Assembly (NCBI GenBank): GCA_965202585.1
Contig: OZ241826.1
Location: 34,844,001 to 34,908,000, forward strand
Origin: Thalia democratica
Taxonomy: Eukaryota
Length of the DNA stretch: 64,000 nt
Reading direction: 5' to 3'
The notes under the pieces are model-generated. The model saw nothing but the letters and a program-made list of their open reading frames with translations, did not search any database and was not told where the DNA came from. The stretch's first letter is position 1, and every line of letters begins with the position of its first letter. Below are positions 1-13,321 of the stretch, in pieces. The position numbers and the translations under genes were made by a program.

Positions 1-2085
1 TTAAAAATATTAATTGTAAAATATAAGACGAGCTACAAGAATAAAAAAACGTTAGTTAGGAGTTATTGCGAGAAACAATAAAAAAAAATTACCAAAGTCA
101 TTTCCGACAAAGCACATTATTATCTTCAGTAACTACAGAATAATCACAAAAAGTTGTTAAGGCAAGTAATAAAGTAGCAAAATTTATTACCTAAAATAAT
201 CGTTCATAATTGAAAACTTTTATAAAAAATTGATGTTGGCGGTAATGAAAAACTTTTGTTTATTTCATTAATGACAACATGAAGTCGTGTTTAGGAAATG
301 AATTAAAGTTATAAAGTCGCATAAATCAAATTAGGACTTTAATCAAACTGTTAACATGAGAGCACTGATAAAGAAACTATTGCTCATCTGAGAATTTTTA
401 TTAGAGATGTTTTTACTAGCTTTGACATTTTAGTAGAATTTCTTGGTTTAGTTCCAACGCGAAGCACAACAATCGGTGAAATTTTTCAAGTAAAGGTGCA
501 ATGTACCAATACGGAGTTTTTGGAAGTACAATTCCTTCTTTTATTTTTATTATAAAAATTAAAAAAATGTCTTAAAACATTTATCAATATTAAAAATACT
601 GTTAAGCTACTATAATATGTTTTTTGATAAAAAAAATTTATTTGGTATTTTTTTTGAGTCAAATCGAAATTTCATTACTTAAAATGTAGAAATTGTTTGA
701 AATTCAAGGTTTTTTCAAGAATTCTCAAACTCAAGTTTTTTTCTAGAATTTTTAACCGTAAATTCACAAATTTTTCCGGGGTTCAATTTTTTTGGCAACA
801 CTGATTGTTCATTCTTTAATGTACACAATAATAAATATAATATTTTGAATAATATCAGCTGCAAGACTTAAAGTTTAACATATATTAAAACTCAAACTAA
901 CACTGTGGATTGAGTAAAACATACATCATAAGTTTAGTTTGCCACTCTTTTAAGCAAAAAAGCCAGCCTGAGTCAAGAAAAACATTCCTGATATTTTTGT
1001 ATACAAAAAGCAATTCTAGCCAAAAACTTCAAAAATGGCTTAGTTGGCCTGAGATTATAAGTCTTCAAATAGTGATAGTCTGAGTGTGTGGCAATGTTTA
1101 GTTGTTTATTTGCTTGAATTTGAACTATTTTGATTAACATTATACAAACTTTGTAAATTTACCATGCCTATATCTAGTTTATATTAAATAGGTAGCTCAA
1201 AAAACAGCAATTGTGTGTATTGGTATGCGAGGCATAAAAATTAACTTAGCTTGAAAAAAACAATGTTTGAAAAATGGGATGTATACCTAACAAAAACTAT
1301 ATTAACTTATGTCATATATATTGTTTTAAATATGTCTGTACAAATTTAGACATGACATGTATAAATATCAATATTAGAAAAGTATGCATAAACTAAACTT
1401 AAACTAACTAAAGTATTAAATAAAAAGTGGTTTAAAATATGAGCATTTTTTTAAGTTGGTGTGCATAGAAAACTTATAAAAAATTAAAATCAAATGAACC
1501 TTATTTCTTATTACTATGTTATTTTAAATGTATTCACATTAAAATATAACATTTACAAATAAAAAACTTTTAAAAGAAACTGAGGTATAAAAATATTGAA
1601 AAAGAATATCTAAGCTATAAAGAAATTACACTTTAGTTAATTACTGTGCATTACTTTTGTACAAAATGGAAAATATTTGCATTTAGTTTATTTAATAAAT
1701 AGGTATTATATAACCACTTATTAAATCCAAACACTCTTGACACAATTTTTTCAGATAATTACTTGCTGTTGTAAAAAAGAAGTAATTATGAAACTGAGAA
1801 ACATATCTTGTTAGAACGTTAATCTGTCTTTTTTACATTTTTAAACTAAAGCAGTAATTACTTGAAATTATTTTAAAATATTATAGAGAGACTTAAAATT
1901 AAACTAATCAAAATAAGTCGAATTACCGAAAAAATTTAACTAGAAATATAATTTTGCTCAGCGGGCCACATTTACATGCTCGCGGGCCACAAAATTTTCT
2001 TTTGCGGGCCGCATTCCATTCAAAAAAATAACATGCTCGCGGGCCGCAGATTTACCCTTCGCAGGCAGCAGTTTGCCGACCCCTG
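1..2085 (-). mobile_element. Non-autonomous hAT (Buster/Charlie-like) element, inverted copy, truncated by the window edge
   Basis: Ends GTTTGCCGACCCCTG (2071-2085), followed by ATCTAGAG, the reverse complement of the TSD of the 5614 copy. GGCCCG subterminal repeats are present. About 18 nt are deleted next to the TIR relative to the 5614 copy. Confidence 0.92.
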
Positions 2086-5000
2086 ATCTAGAGTCTACAA
2101 AAGTAAAATATTTTTGTTGTCAAGCAACCACTTTTTTTGAATTTATATATATAATTTATGAACAACCGTCCCGGGTTACTTCTTAACAATTAGCTTGTCA
2201 AAATTTCTAGTCGCTTCTCTGTTCTTTATTCCGCTTAGTGAATCCTCGTTTATCCAGTCATAATATATTTTCATTATAATTAATTATTGCATGATTAGTC
2301 TTTTTCTGAATAGATTTTTTTTTTGTTTACCTATTTTATATTTTGCAATACGAGTGATAATACGCACACTAACATTTTTGTTAATGTAAATTACTTTAAT
2401 GTTTTTCAGCGAGCCAAGCAACTAATTCAGACAAAAAACAAGAAAAACTAACTTAAACAAATTCTAAAAACAATTTTTATGACAACAAACCACAACGTAA
2501 ACAATTTAATTCATATCGGTTTTACGTTAAGAAGTAAAAAAAAGTTAGTTGAATTAATCAAGTCTATGTCCTGACTGAAACCGGTCAAAGTAACGAAGGA
2601 TCGCATTAGTTAGAACCAGATAAGTGAGTATGTTTTTTTTTTTTTCTAAGTTATGCTTGAGTAGTAAGTATTATTATTTTTATATTTAAGGTTGAAGGCT
2701 TGTTATTCTGATAATAAAGTAGTTGACAAGGATACTAAGTGTTTTATTGATAGTTTAAAAAAATAAGTTAATAACAAATAAGAAAAAAAATAAATTGTAA
2801 GGGTTGTAAGCTACTTGTAAGTGAGGTACTTATATCAGTTTTAAGTTCAGAACTGCAGAAAAAATGTTCTTATAAAACAAAATTTAGCCCACTAGAGCTC
2901 TACAACCATAATTAGTTAATAAAAATAAAAACAAACCTTTATCAAAAAAAAAATCATTTTATAGTAAGTAATTTTCACAGCTCTTATACAATTTATAAGA
3001 AATTTTTGCTTTACTTAAGTTAACTTCAAAGTTACACTAGTCTTTAATAGTCTTTATTTGTGAATTGAAGTTTAGCCTTAGTATTTAAGACTCAGCTTAA
3101 ATATAAAAAAACTAATATAGAAAATTAAAAACTTTGAAGCTACTTTGAATAAGACAATAAAATATATAAGCTAATAACTTAAATAAAACATTAAAATTAT
3201 GCTTTGGGTATTAAAACAAAATACTTTAAGGTTGTTTAAAGATAAAGCATAAATAATCAGGGGGCCTGAGTAAACATGAGAAACCGATTTTTTAACAAAA
3301 AAATTAAGTACATTTATAAGATAACTTTAGTATAAGCTATTTTTAGGCACATTACTGTGCCTTTTAAAATTTATTTACAGTGAACAAGAGTTTAGAGAGA
3401 ACACGTGTGAAATATTTTAAATGTAGTTAGTATATAATTCAAAAGATGTTATTTTTTTCCGATGTGTAAAAATCTAATGACGTCACTAAAAGAAAACAAT
3501 GGCTTTTTGACGTCAATAACTTTTTTATGGTCTACTTGCTTGAGGCCATAATAGCAAGTAAAGATTTTTCATGTTTGTTTTTGTTTATGTTATTTCTTTG
3601 AAATGCAGGTATTTACTTTGTTTTCAACTAAAGACCTAAAATAAATGTTTTGAAAAAACTACAATGTACAGTTTTTAAATTAAAAAATAAAAAACTTTTA
3701 TGAACAATTAAAACAACTATTGACGTCAAAAAGCCATTGTTTTTTGCTGGAAACCAAATCTGACGAAAAGAAAACTTTTTGACATATTTTTAATCAAATT
3801 TCTACAAACTTAGAATAATTTTTGAAATTTTCACCCAATTAAAGTATGGTACGTGAAAAGTTTACTTTACTTATTCGAATGAAAAGGTATCAAAAGCTTT
3901 TCATCACACCAAGCAAAAGTATAATATTTAATAAACTTAGTTTAGTTATTTAAAAAAAATTTAGTTTGTAAATATGATAGTAAAATTGTTTAAGTTTTTA
4001 CTTGACGCAGTTAACAGTGTCAATTTGTTTTTATATTCTTCAAAAAAGGTTTTGATTGAATAATGTATTTTTCAGTCCAAATAAAAATCAACTTTAAAAA
4101 CTATACTATTTAATTCTAGTAACAATAATAAAAAATATTTTTGTAAACAATTTTATAAGTGTTCTACTAAACTGTTAGTTATATGACAAAAGCATTATGC
4201 ACTCTCGCACTTTTAGTGACGTCATTAGATTTTTACACATCGGAAAAAAATAACATCTTTTGAATTATATACTAACTACATTTAAAATATTTCACACGTG
4301 TTCTCTCTAAACTCTTGTTCACTGTAAATAAATTTTAAAAGGCACAGTAATGTGCCTAAAAATAGCTTATACTAAAGTTATCTTATAAAAGTACTTAATT
4401 TTTTTGTTAAAAAATCGGTTTCTCATGTTTACTCAGGCCCCCTGATTATTTATGCTTTATCTTTCAACAACCTTAAAGTATTTTGTTTTAATACCCAAAG
4501 CATAATTTTAATGTTTTATTTAAGTTATTAGCATATAAATTTTATTGTCTTATTCAAAGTAGCTTCAAAGTTTTTAATTTTCTATATTAGTTTTTTTTAT
4601 ATTTAAGCTGAGTCTTAAATACTAAGGCTAAACTTCAATACACAAATAAAGACTATTAAAGACTAGTGTAACTTTGAAGTTAACTTAAGTACAGCAAAAA
4701 ATTCTTATAAATTGTATAAGAGCTGTGAATATTACTTACTATAAAATGATTTTTTTTTTGATAAAGGTTTGTTTTTATTTTTATTAACTAATTATGGTTG
4801 TAGAGCTCTAGTGGGCTAAATTTTGTTTTATAAGAACATTTTTTCTGCAGTTCTGAACTTAAAACTGATATAAGTACCTTACTTACAAGTAGCTTACAAC
4901 CCTTACAATTTATTTTTTTTCTTATTTGTTATTTACTTATTTTTTTAAACTATCAATAAAACACTTAGTATCCTTGTCAACTACTTTATTATCAGAATAA

Positions 5001-7724
5001 CAAGCCTTCAACCTTAAATAAAAAAATAATAATACTTACTACTCAAGCATAACTTAGAAAAAAATAAAAACATACTCACTTATCTGGTTCTAACTAATGC
5101 GATCCTTCGTTACTTTGACCGGTTTCAGTCAGGACATAGACTTGATTAATTCAACTAACTTTTTTTACTTCTTAACGTAAAACCGGTATGAATTAAATTG
5201 TTTACGTTGTGGTTTGTTGTCATAAAAATTGTTTTTAGAATTTGTTTAAGTTAGTTTTTCTTGTTTTTTGTCTGAATTAGTTGCTTGGCTCGCTGAAAAA
5301 CATTAAAGTAATTTACATTAAAAAAAATGTTAGTGTGCGTATTATCACTCGTATTGCAAAATATAAAATAGGTAAAAAAAAAAATCTATTCAGAAAAAGA
5401 CTAATCAGGCAATAATTAATTATAATGAAAATAAATTATGACTGGATAAACGAGGATTCACTAAGCGGAATAAAGAACAGAGAAGCGACTAGAAATTTTG
5501 ACAAGCTAATTGTTAAGAAGTAACCCGGGACGGTTGTTCATAAATTATATATATGAATTCAAAAAAAGTGGTTGCTTGACAACTAAAATATTTTACTTAA
5601 GTAGACTCTAGATCAGAGGTCGGCAAACTGCGGCCCGCGGGCCAATTGCTGCCCGCGAAAGGTAAATCTGCGGCCCGGGAGCATGTTATTTTTTTGAATT
5701 GAATGCGGCCCACGAAAGAAAATTTTGTGGCCCGCGAGCATGTAAATGTGGCCCGCTGAGCAAAATTATATTTCTAGTTAAATTTTTTCGGTAATTCGAC
5801 TTATTTTGATTAGTTTAATTATAAGTCTCTCTATAATATTTTAAAATCATTTCAAGTAATTAGTAATTACTGCTTTAGTTTAAAAATGTGAAAAAGACAG
5901 ATTAACGTTCTAACAAAGATATGTTTCTCAGTTTCATAATTACTTCTTTTTTACAACAGCAAGTAATTATTTGAAAAAATTGTGTCAAGAGTGCTTGGAT
6001 TTAATAAGTGGTTATAAAATACCTATTTATTAAATAAACTAAATGCAAATATTTTCCATCTTGTACAAAAGTAATGCACAGTAATTAATTAAAGTGTAAT
6101 TTCTTTATAGCTTAGATATTCTTTTTCAATATTTTTATACCTCAGTTTCTTTTGAAAGTTTTTTATTTGTAAATGTTATATTTTAATGTGAATACATTTA
6201 AAATAACATAGTAATAAGAAATAAGGTTCATTTGATTTTAATTTTTTATAAGTTTTCTATGCACACCAACTTAAAAAAATGCTCATATTTTAAACCACTT
6301 TTTATTTAATACTTTAGTTAGTTTAAGTTTAGTTTATGCATACTTTTCTAATATTGATATTTATACATGTCATGTCTAAATTTGTACAGACATATTTAAA
6401 ACAATATATATGACATAAGTTAATATAGTTTTTGTTAGGTATACATCCCATTTTTCAAACATTGTTTTTTTCAAGCTAAGTTAATTTTTATGCCTCGCAT
6501 ACCAATACACACAATTGCTGTTTTTTTGAGCTACCTATTTAATATAAACTAGATATAGGCATGGTAAATTTACAAAGTTTGTATAATGTTAATCAAAATA
6601 GTTCAAATTCAAGCAAATAAACAACTAAACATTGCCACACACTCAGACTATCACTATTTGAAGACTTATAATCTCAGGCCAACTAAGCCATTTTTGAAGT
6701 TTTTGGCTAGAATTGCTTTTTGTATACAAAAATATCAGGAATGTTTTTCTTGACTCAGGCTGGCTTTTTTGCTTGAAAGAGTGGCAAACTAAACTTATGA
6801 TGTATGTTTTACTCAATCCACAGTGTTAGTTTGAGTTTTAATATATGTTAAACTTTAAGTCTTGCAGCTGATATTATTCAAAATATTATATTTATTATTG
6901 TGTACATTAAAGAATGAACAATCAGTGTTGCCAAAAAAGTTGAACCCCGGAAAAATTTGTGAATTTACGGTTAAAAATTCTAGAAAAAATTTGAATTTGA
7001 GAATTTTTGATAAAACCTTGAATTTCAAACAATTTCTACATTTTAAGTAATGAAATTTCGATTTGACTCAAAAAAAATACCAAATAAATTTTTTTTATCA
7101 AAAAACATATTATAGTAGCTTAACAGTATTTTTAATATTGATAAATGTTTTAAGACATTTTTTTAATTTTTATAATAAAAATAAAAGAAGGAATTGTACT
7201 TCCAAAAACTCCGTATTGGTACATTGCACCTTTACTTGAAAAATTTCACCGATTGTTGTGCTTCGCGTTGGAACTAAACCAAGAAATTCTACTAAAATGT
7301 CAAAGCTAGTAAAAACATCTCTAATAAAAATTCTCAGATGAGCAATAGTTTCTTTATCAGTGCTCTCATGTTAACAGTTTGATTAAAGTCCTAATTTGAT
7401 TTATGCGACTTTATAACCTTAATTCATTTCCTAAACACAACTTCATGTTGTCATTAATGAAATAAACAAAAGTTTTTCATTACCGCCAACATCAATTTTT
7501 TATAAAAGTTTTCAATTATGAACGATTATTTTAGGTAATAAATTTTGCTACTTTATTACTTGCCTTAACAACTTTTTGTGATTATTCTGTAGTTACTAAA
7601 GATAATAATGTGCTTTGTCGGAAATGACTTTGGTATTTTTTTTTTATTGTTTCTCGCAATAACTCCTAACTAACGTTTTTTTATTCTTGTAGCTCGTCTT
7701 ATATTTTACAATTAATATTTTTAA
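1..7724. repeat. Large inverted duplication: left arm 1-3492 (runs off the window), spacer 3493-4209, right arm 4210-7724 and probably beyond
   Basis: Bases 1-60 are the reverse complement of ~7665-7724. TCTAATGACGTCACTAAAAG (3473-3492) pairs with 4210-4229. The arms match throughout with scattered substitutions and small indels. Confidence 0.97.
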
Positions 7725-8834
7725 ATGCAATATTCTTATTGCAAATAAATAATTACTATCATGCTTAATAAAATAAATTTCTACTTCGCTAATGGCTCAA
7801 TAAAATTTTATACTTTTGTTAAACTTGTCTAAGAAACTCAATTGTCCATTCCAGCTGACTTATATATTTTTTGCATATAATTTATTTACTGTTAATAACC
7901 TTTATTATTTCTTTATGTAGTGAACTTTATATTAACTGAATTGCTACACAAACAGGCTATTTTAAAAGCTTGAAAACTCAGGTGTGTGTGAAGCTTTTAT
8001 TTCAAACACTTTAAAGAAGTCTTCCAATTCTCAGAATAGTTTTTATGACTGTTGTGTAGTTTACTAATTGCATTTTTTTCTTGTTTTCTTACACTTTGTT
8101 TACTTTTTGATAGTGGTGATATTTTAACTAGGTATTTAAGCTTGATTAACAACTATTTATAAGCTTTTTCAAATTTTAATAATTTTAAGCTGGTTTGATA
8201 CATCTCAGACATTTTTGCTTTTTAGTGGCGACAATGTAAAAGCCTAATTACTAATAAAACATTTTATTAAAGTATTTGAGAATTTATTATGTTAAATCAT
8301 TTGTTTTAGCTTTCTGGAATACAAACAGGTATTAATTTTATTATGTTAAATAATTACTAAATTTTTTAATGAGTGTAAATTATTTAACTCGCAAAAACTT
8401 TTTGAAGTAAATATTCTTGGAAATATAAAAAAGTGTTGATGAAATAACAAATGTATAAAAGTAACCCGTAAATTGTCTTTCAAGTTAGGTTTTTATAGAG
8501 AGTTAGGTTGTAAGTAAAATTAAAAAAGTATTAGCTTCAACTTATTAAGTGCTTTTGAAAGTACATATTTTATTAACAATATAAGTACATATTTATTAAA
8601 GTATATTAGTCAATGTAAATCATAATCTAATGAATATTAATTTGAATAGGCATTCTATGTATAGCTAAAAGTCATTTTAAATAATAAGGTGAATAAAAGT
8701 AAAACTTTTCTCTAGTGTGACTAAAACTAAAACCATAAGATTATTCAAATGTGACTAAAACTAAAACTGCGGCCAGCGAAGACTTTTGAAACTTGAAATT
8801 TGGCCCGCGACCACCAACTGCCTGCCGACCCCTG
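5614..8834 (+). mobile_element. Non-autonomous hAT (Buster/Charlie-like) element, 3.2 kb, no transposase ORF
   Basis: TIRs CAGAGGTCGGCAAAC ... CTGCCGACCCCTG, a perfect 8-bp TSD CTCTAGAT (5606-5613 and 8835-8842), and multiple GGCCCGCG subterminal motifs. Confidence 0.95.
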
Positions 8835-10090
8835 CTCTAGATATTCTGCTAGTTTTGTCAACTAATCTGCGTTTTAAAGATAAAAGACATTATATAAACG
8901 CTTAAAATGATTTCAACTCTTTACTTTATTTTTCAAATCGGCAACTCGTCGTAGAGAGCTTCAGAAAATATTTGTTTACATCTCTACTTTTAGTTTTAAA
9001 GTAAATTATTTCTTTAAACTCTAAAAAACAGCATTTCATCGGCACGTTAATAATAAAATATTTCACTAATTCGACATAAGTAAAAATAAAACCTTTTATA
9101 AGTTATCTATATAAATTATTCTTAAGCTGTTTTTAACTATTTACAAACTATTTATTGAAGATGTTTAGTAACAACCACTAAATAAAAGTCTATGTATGTG
9201 ATTTTGTTTAAAATAGGTTACGTTTATTTTATAACTAGTTTTCAAATCATATTTTTTTTTATTTCAGTAAGTTATAACTATTTTTTGTTGCACGTATTAT
9301 TTATTTAAGAAAATTAGAATTGTTTTTATAATACAAGTTTTTTATTTAAGTAAATACAAGTTTTTTATTTAAGTGAACAACAACCGATTTTTATATCACG
9401 TAAATTTTATTACGGAAATCGTAACTGATTTTTATATAACATAGATTTTGTTTAAAGAAATTAGAATTAATTTAATCTTATATCAGAAATTTTTGTTTTA
9501 AAAAGGTGTAACTAATTTTTTCATTACGTTCGTTTTATTTAACGAAATTGTTATTGGTTTTTATGTCTTGTATTTTTATTTATGCAATAAATAACTGATT
9601 TTTAAAACAGGTTATTTAAAAAAATAGTCTTTATATCACGTTCTTTTTGTAACTAGTAATTATAACTAGTTATTTCAACAAGTATTTTATAACTGATTTT
9701 ATATCTCAATTTATTTTGTTACTGTTTTACTTGAAGATTTAACACGTAATAACTAATAATTGTTAACATTCTAAAATATATATCTTAAACAACCTAAAAA
9801 GTTTTTTGTGTAGTTAAAATAAGTGTAAATAATGGTTCTATTTTATTTAAAAATTTCAATAGACTAATTTTCTTTTGTAATATATGATCGAAAATAATTG
9901 TAACTGGACTATTATGAGTTAAATATTTTTTAAGACAACAAACAAATTCTAAAGCTGAGCTAGTTTTCTTTAACTTGATATAGAATGAAATTTCTTAAAA
10001 GAAAACATTGAAAATAGCTGTCTCAAATCATATTTTTATGAGATTTTTAATTACTTATTCAAACTTATTGTGTTATATACCGTAATTAGA

Positions 10091-10364
10091 GTAGACAGCC
10101 GGGTGCCTGTATTGCCCAGCTTTTTAGTTCTCTGTCTACCGGTCCTGCGCTCCGAGTACGAGTCAAGATGGCTGCTCCTTATGGGGACGACTACGCAAGC
10201 ATTAAAGAATGCGATCCGCACTCTTGTTAGCCAGATGTGCATTAGAATATAAACCTTGTAAGGGTTAGTCTTCTTTTCATATGGATATGTTTTTCCATCC
10301 GGACGTGAGCGTAGTACGCAGGACCGGCAGCCAAAATCAAATCTGCTGGCTGTTCAGTGCCAAC
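10091..10364 (-). ncRNA. Structured non-coding RNA candidate; possible telomerase RNA
   Basis: GC-rich island in an AT-rich background. Helices: 10139-10149/10317-10327 (11 bp), 10190-10196/10309-10315, 10091-10098/10132-10139 and 10098-10103/10115-10120. Two mismatches are G-U only on the minus strand. The minus strand carries CUAACCCU (10268-10261). The confidence is for a structured RNA; TR identity is less certain. Confidence 0.55.
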
Positions 10365-13139
10365 TTTTTTTGTATTTTGAATAGTTTTTTCCCAATTATG
10401 TCTTCAATTTTTTTTAAACAGTAAATGTATTTAAAAATTAAGCAAGATTTCATAAAACTTTTATTTTTCAATTAACCTTTGTGGTTTTTAGCAAAGAGCT
10501 TTAATGCTAAAATATTTATATACAAAGAACCAAATACGTTAAAAAAAATAATTAAAAAACCATTTACAGTTTTTAATTTTTTCTTGGCCGCATTAAATTA
10601 GATTTCTATGATTTATGATTATTTGAAAAGTAATCTTTTTTTTTTGTTAAGTTAACATATATTTACCAAATAAAACGTAATTATCATTATGCACATTAAA
10701 AAATTTAGTTTTTATAGAAAATATATAAGTGTAACATTTAGAAAATAGAATCTGTTAATTAAATCGCCTTTGCTTGTAAATAAAAAAAAATAAAGTAAAC
10801 AGTCGTACCGATTTAAAGTAAAACATCTCTCAGGCTGAAATTTTCTTAATAGATCGTCATTTGCTGACCCCTATTAAGATTAAGAGAGTTTAAGCTTCAT
10901 TTTACTTTTTTACAAAACTATGCATAATAAAACACTCAAAAACAGATTCTTTGGAGATGTATAAAAGTTTGGAAAAAATTAAAACCCGAGAATAGCATTT
11001 AATAATCATGCAAAATAAAAAAAAAACGAAATTTCTGTAAATTTATAAACTTTTTTGAACTGTTAAGTGTACATTTTAAAAATACTTTGCGGCTTAATCA
11101 AAAACAAAAAAGCTTTCAATAAAAAACTAACAGGCTAGAAATATTTTGTTAATTTATTTTATGTAAGCCTACACTCTGGAAAACTCTGATTTTGTACAAC
11201 ATTAAGTTATACTAAAATACTTAAAAGTAGTTATTTATTTTGCCAAAGTTTTCATTATGATAACTATGCTATTCCTTAAGCAGTTAGTTTTTTTATAATT
11301 AGGTCATAAAATGGTAAAATTTTTGTGTATTTATTTTTACAGATATAACGTTGTAACGTATATTTCTCATTTAAAAATTAATGTAATTATATTATCAACA
11401 GATGCAACAATGTACATCAAAGGTATCGAGGAAGGATAAGGTGAAGCTTGAGAAAAAGATATCCTCTATCAGTAGGTATCACATGATAAGTAGTTGTGTA
11501 TTCTGTTGTGACAACTGTTTATTTCAATTTAGCTTTGTTTGACATAAGTTTGAACATAACACCAAAAACTATTAAACTTTAGTAAGTGTTATGTGTTGAT
11601 TATGTATCTCCTCATTAATAAATAAAACAATCCTTTTCAATTTATTTTAAATAAACTTTTTACCTAATTAAATAACAAGTAATAATAAAGTAAAGATTTT
11701 TATCAATATTACTAAAAGCCATGTTCAGTTTTAGTATCTAAATCAAAGTCTAATTATATAGTTTTATTTCTTAATTTGCTCTAAATCAGTTACAAATTAG
11801 GATGTTGTGTAATTTATCGGTGTATGTAGAACTAGCGTAACCATTAGCATAGTTTGTTAATAATGTTGGTAAAATAAAAGTTGCACACATTCCTAAATAC
11901 AGTAAATACTTATCAGTAGATGTCAGCCTTTTATAAAAAATGTGCACCTTAATAAACAGTGTTTGCTCAAAAATGAATTTAATTTTTTTTATAAAAACCT
12001 GCAACAATGTCCTCTACATTGAAGGTATTGAGAAAGGAGAAGCCGAATCTTAGGAAAAAGATTTATTCTATTAGTGGACACCACATGCTAAAACTGTGTA
12101 TAACTGAAAGTTCAAATGTTTTGCATGTTATTGGTCAAATTTTGATTTATTTGCTGCATGATTCCTTTAAAAAAGATCTTGTTTTTTTTTTTCAAAATTC
12201 GATATACAGTTTGTGAAAAAAGCATTCCTAAAATGCCTGTATGTTTAATGTTTTTAAAAGTTAAAATATATGGACATTTCTGTTTACTTTTTGGTTTTTT
12301 TTAACTGATTGTCACTAATAAAATATTCGTGATGTACATTAAAAATTTTCAGTATATATGTAAATCAAAAAGTTAAATTATCATTTAGTTATTTTAAATA
12401 TACCACTATATTTTTAACAAGATCCTTATGTTAATTTTTACATATTAACTTAACAAAAATTTCTAAACAACGTGATCTATTAGTTTATAAAATTAACAAA
12501 AAAGCAAAAACATGTATGTAGTCAAAGAAATAAGCTTTTTAAAAGCATAAATTTTGAAGAAGCAGTACTTAAATTATTATAAGTTTAGAATCAGCAGTAA
12601 TTTTTTGGAAAATGCAATAAAAAAATATCCAAAAATGTATTGCTTGATAATTAACCTATGCATTTTATTAATGTAAACACAAAAAAGGTCTTGTTTTTTT
12701 TCAAAATACTCTTTGAAGTTTGTACCTAAGGATACATGATTAGTATAAGAAAATGCCTAATTGACTCCAAAGTTATTAAAGTTCAAATAAGATAATTTAT
12801 ACTAAAATATAACATATGTTTTTTGAATGATTTATAATAGCTGGATTCAGATAACTTGACAGGGTGTAAGCTGTGTTTGGTAGGTATTTCATGTATATTA
12901 TTGGAGTTTTTTCTATTTTGTTCTCACTTTAAAAGCGTGAAACTCTGATTTTTGTGAGAATAGGTTGTTTATTACCCTTTTAGCGAGTAACCATTTAAAA
13001 TGTCTCTGCAAATAGTCAGTGGGCAAGATTTTTAGTCAGGGACACAAATTTACTAAAAAAAAACTTTTATGGCCCGGAATTTTAAAAAGACCTAGCGGCC
13101 GCTGTGTTGTTTTACCAAGTAGTTATGAAATAAACATTC

Positions 13140-13321
13140 AATAAGCACTAGTGTGTAAAGTCAAAATTGAAAAAAAAACACTTAATCTTTTATTTCTTCT
13201 TCATTATCAAATCCAAAATATCTAATGTAAATATCAAACTATGACCTATTGGCCTCCCTGTGGCCCCTTTACTGCTCATGGCACCCAAATGGGCCACTTG
13301 ACCTCTTTTTGGGAAATCCTA
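13140..13321 (-). mobile_element. Partial ~280-bp hAT-like MITE (family of 14450 and 24742)
   Basis: The reverse complement begins TAGGATTTCCCAAA and contains GCCATGAGCAGTAAAGGGGCCACAGG, as in the other copies. Confidence 0.7.

Noticed and set aside
2577-2586. GAAACCGGTC hammerhead-like 3' half, mirrored near 5120
   Set aside because: There is no CTGANGA or stem II upstream.
6862-7050. Short AT-rich ORFs (6862, 11786, 15573, 36750, 42970, 48724, 48770, 51961)
   Set aside because: They have low-complexity F/L/I/K composition typical of chance ORFs, and 6862 lies inside a non-coding transposon.
9200-9740. Degenerate TAACTGATTTTTATAT-like periodicity
   Set aside because: It is too degenerate to define a unit by eye in such AT-rich sequence.
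10098-10121. GCCGGGTGCCTGTATTGCCCAGCT resembles the Alu/7SL 5' end
   Set aside because: There is no SRP S-domain motif downstream, the plus strand has internal T runs, and the G-U pattern favours the opposite strand.
10051-10252. ORFs 10051-10242 (-) and 10070-10252 (+)
   Set aside because: They are short, have no recognisable motif or splice partners, and are explained by locally higher GC.
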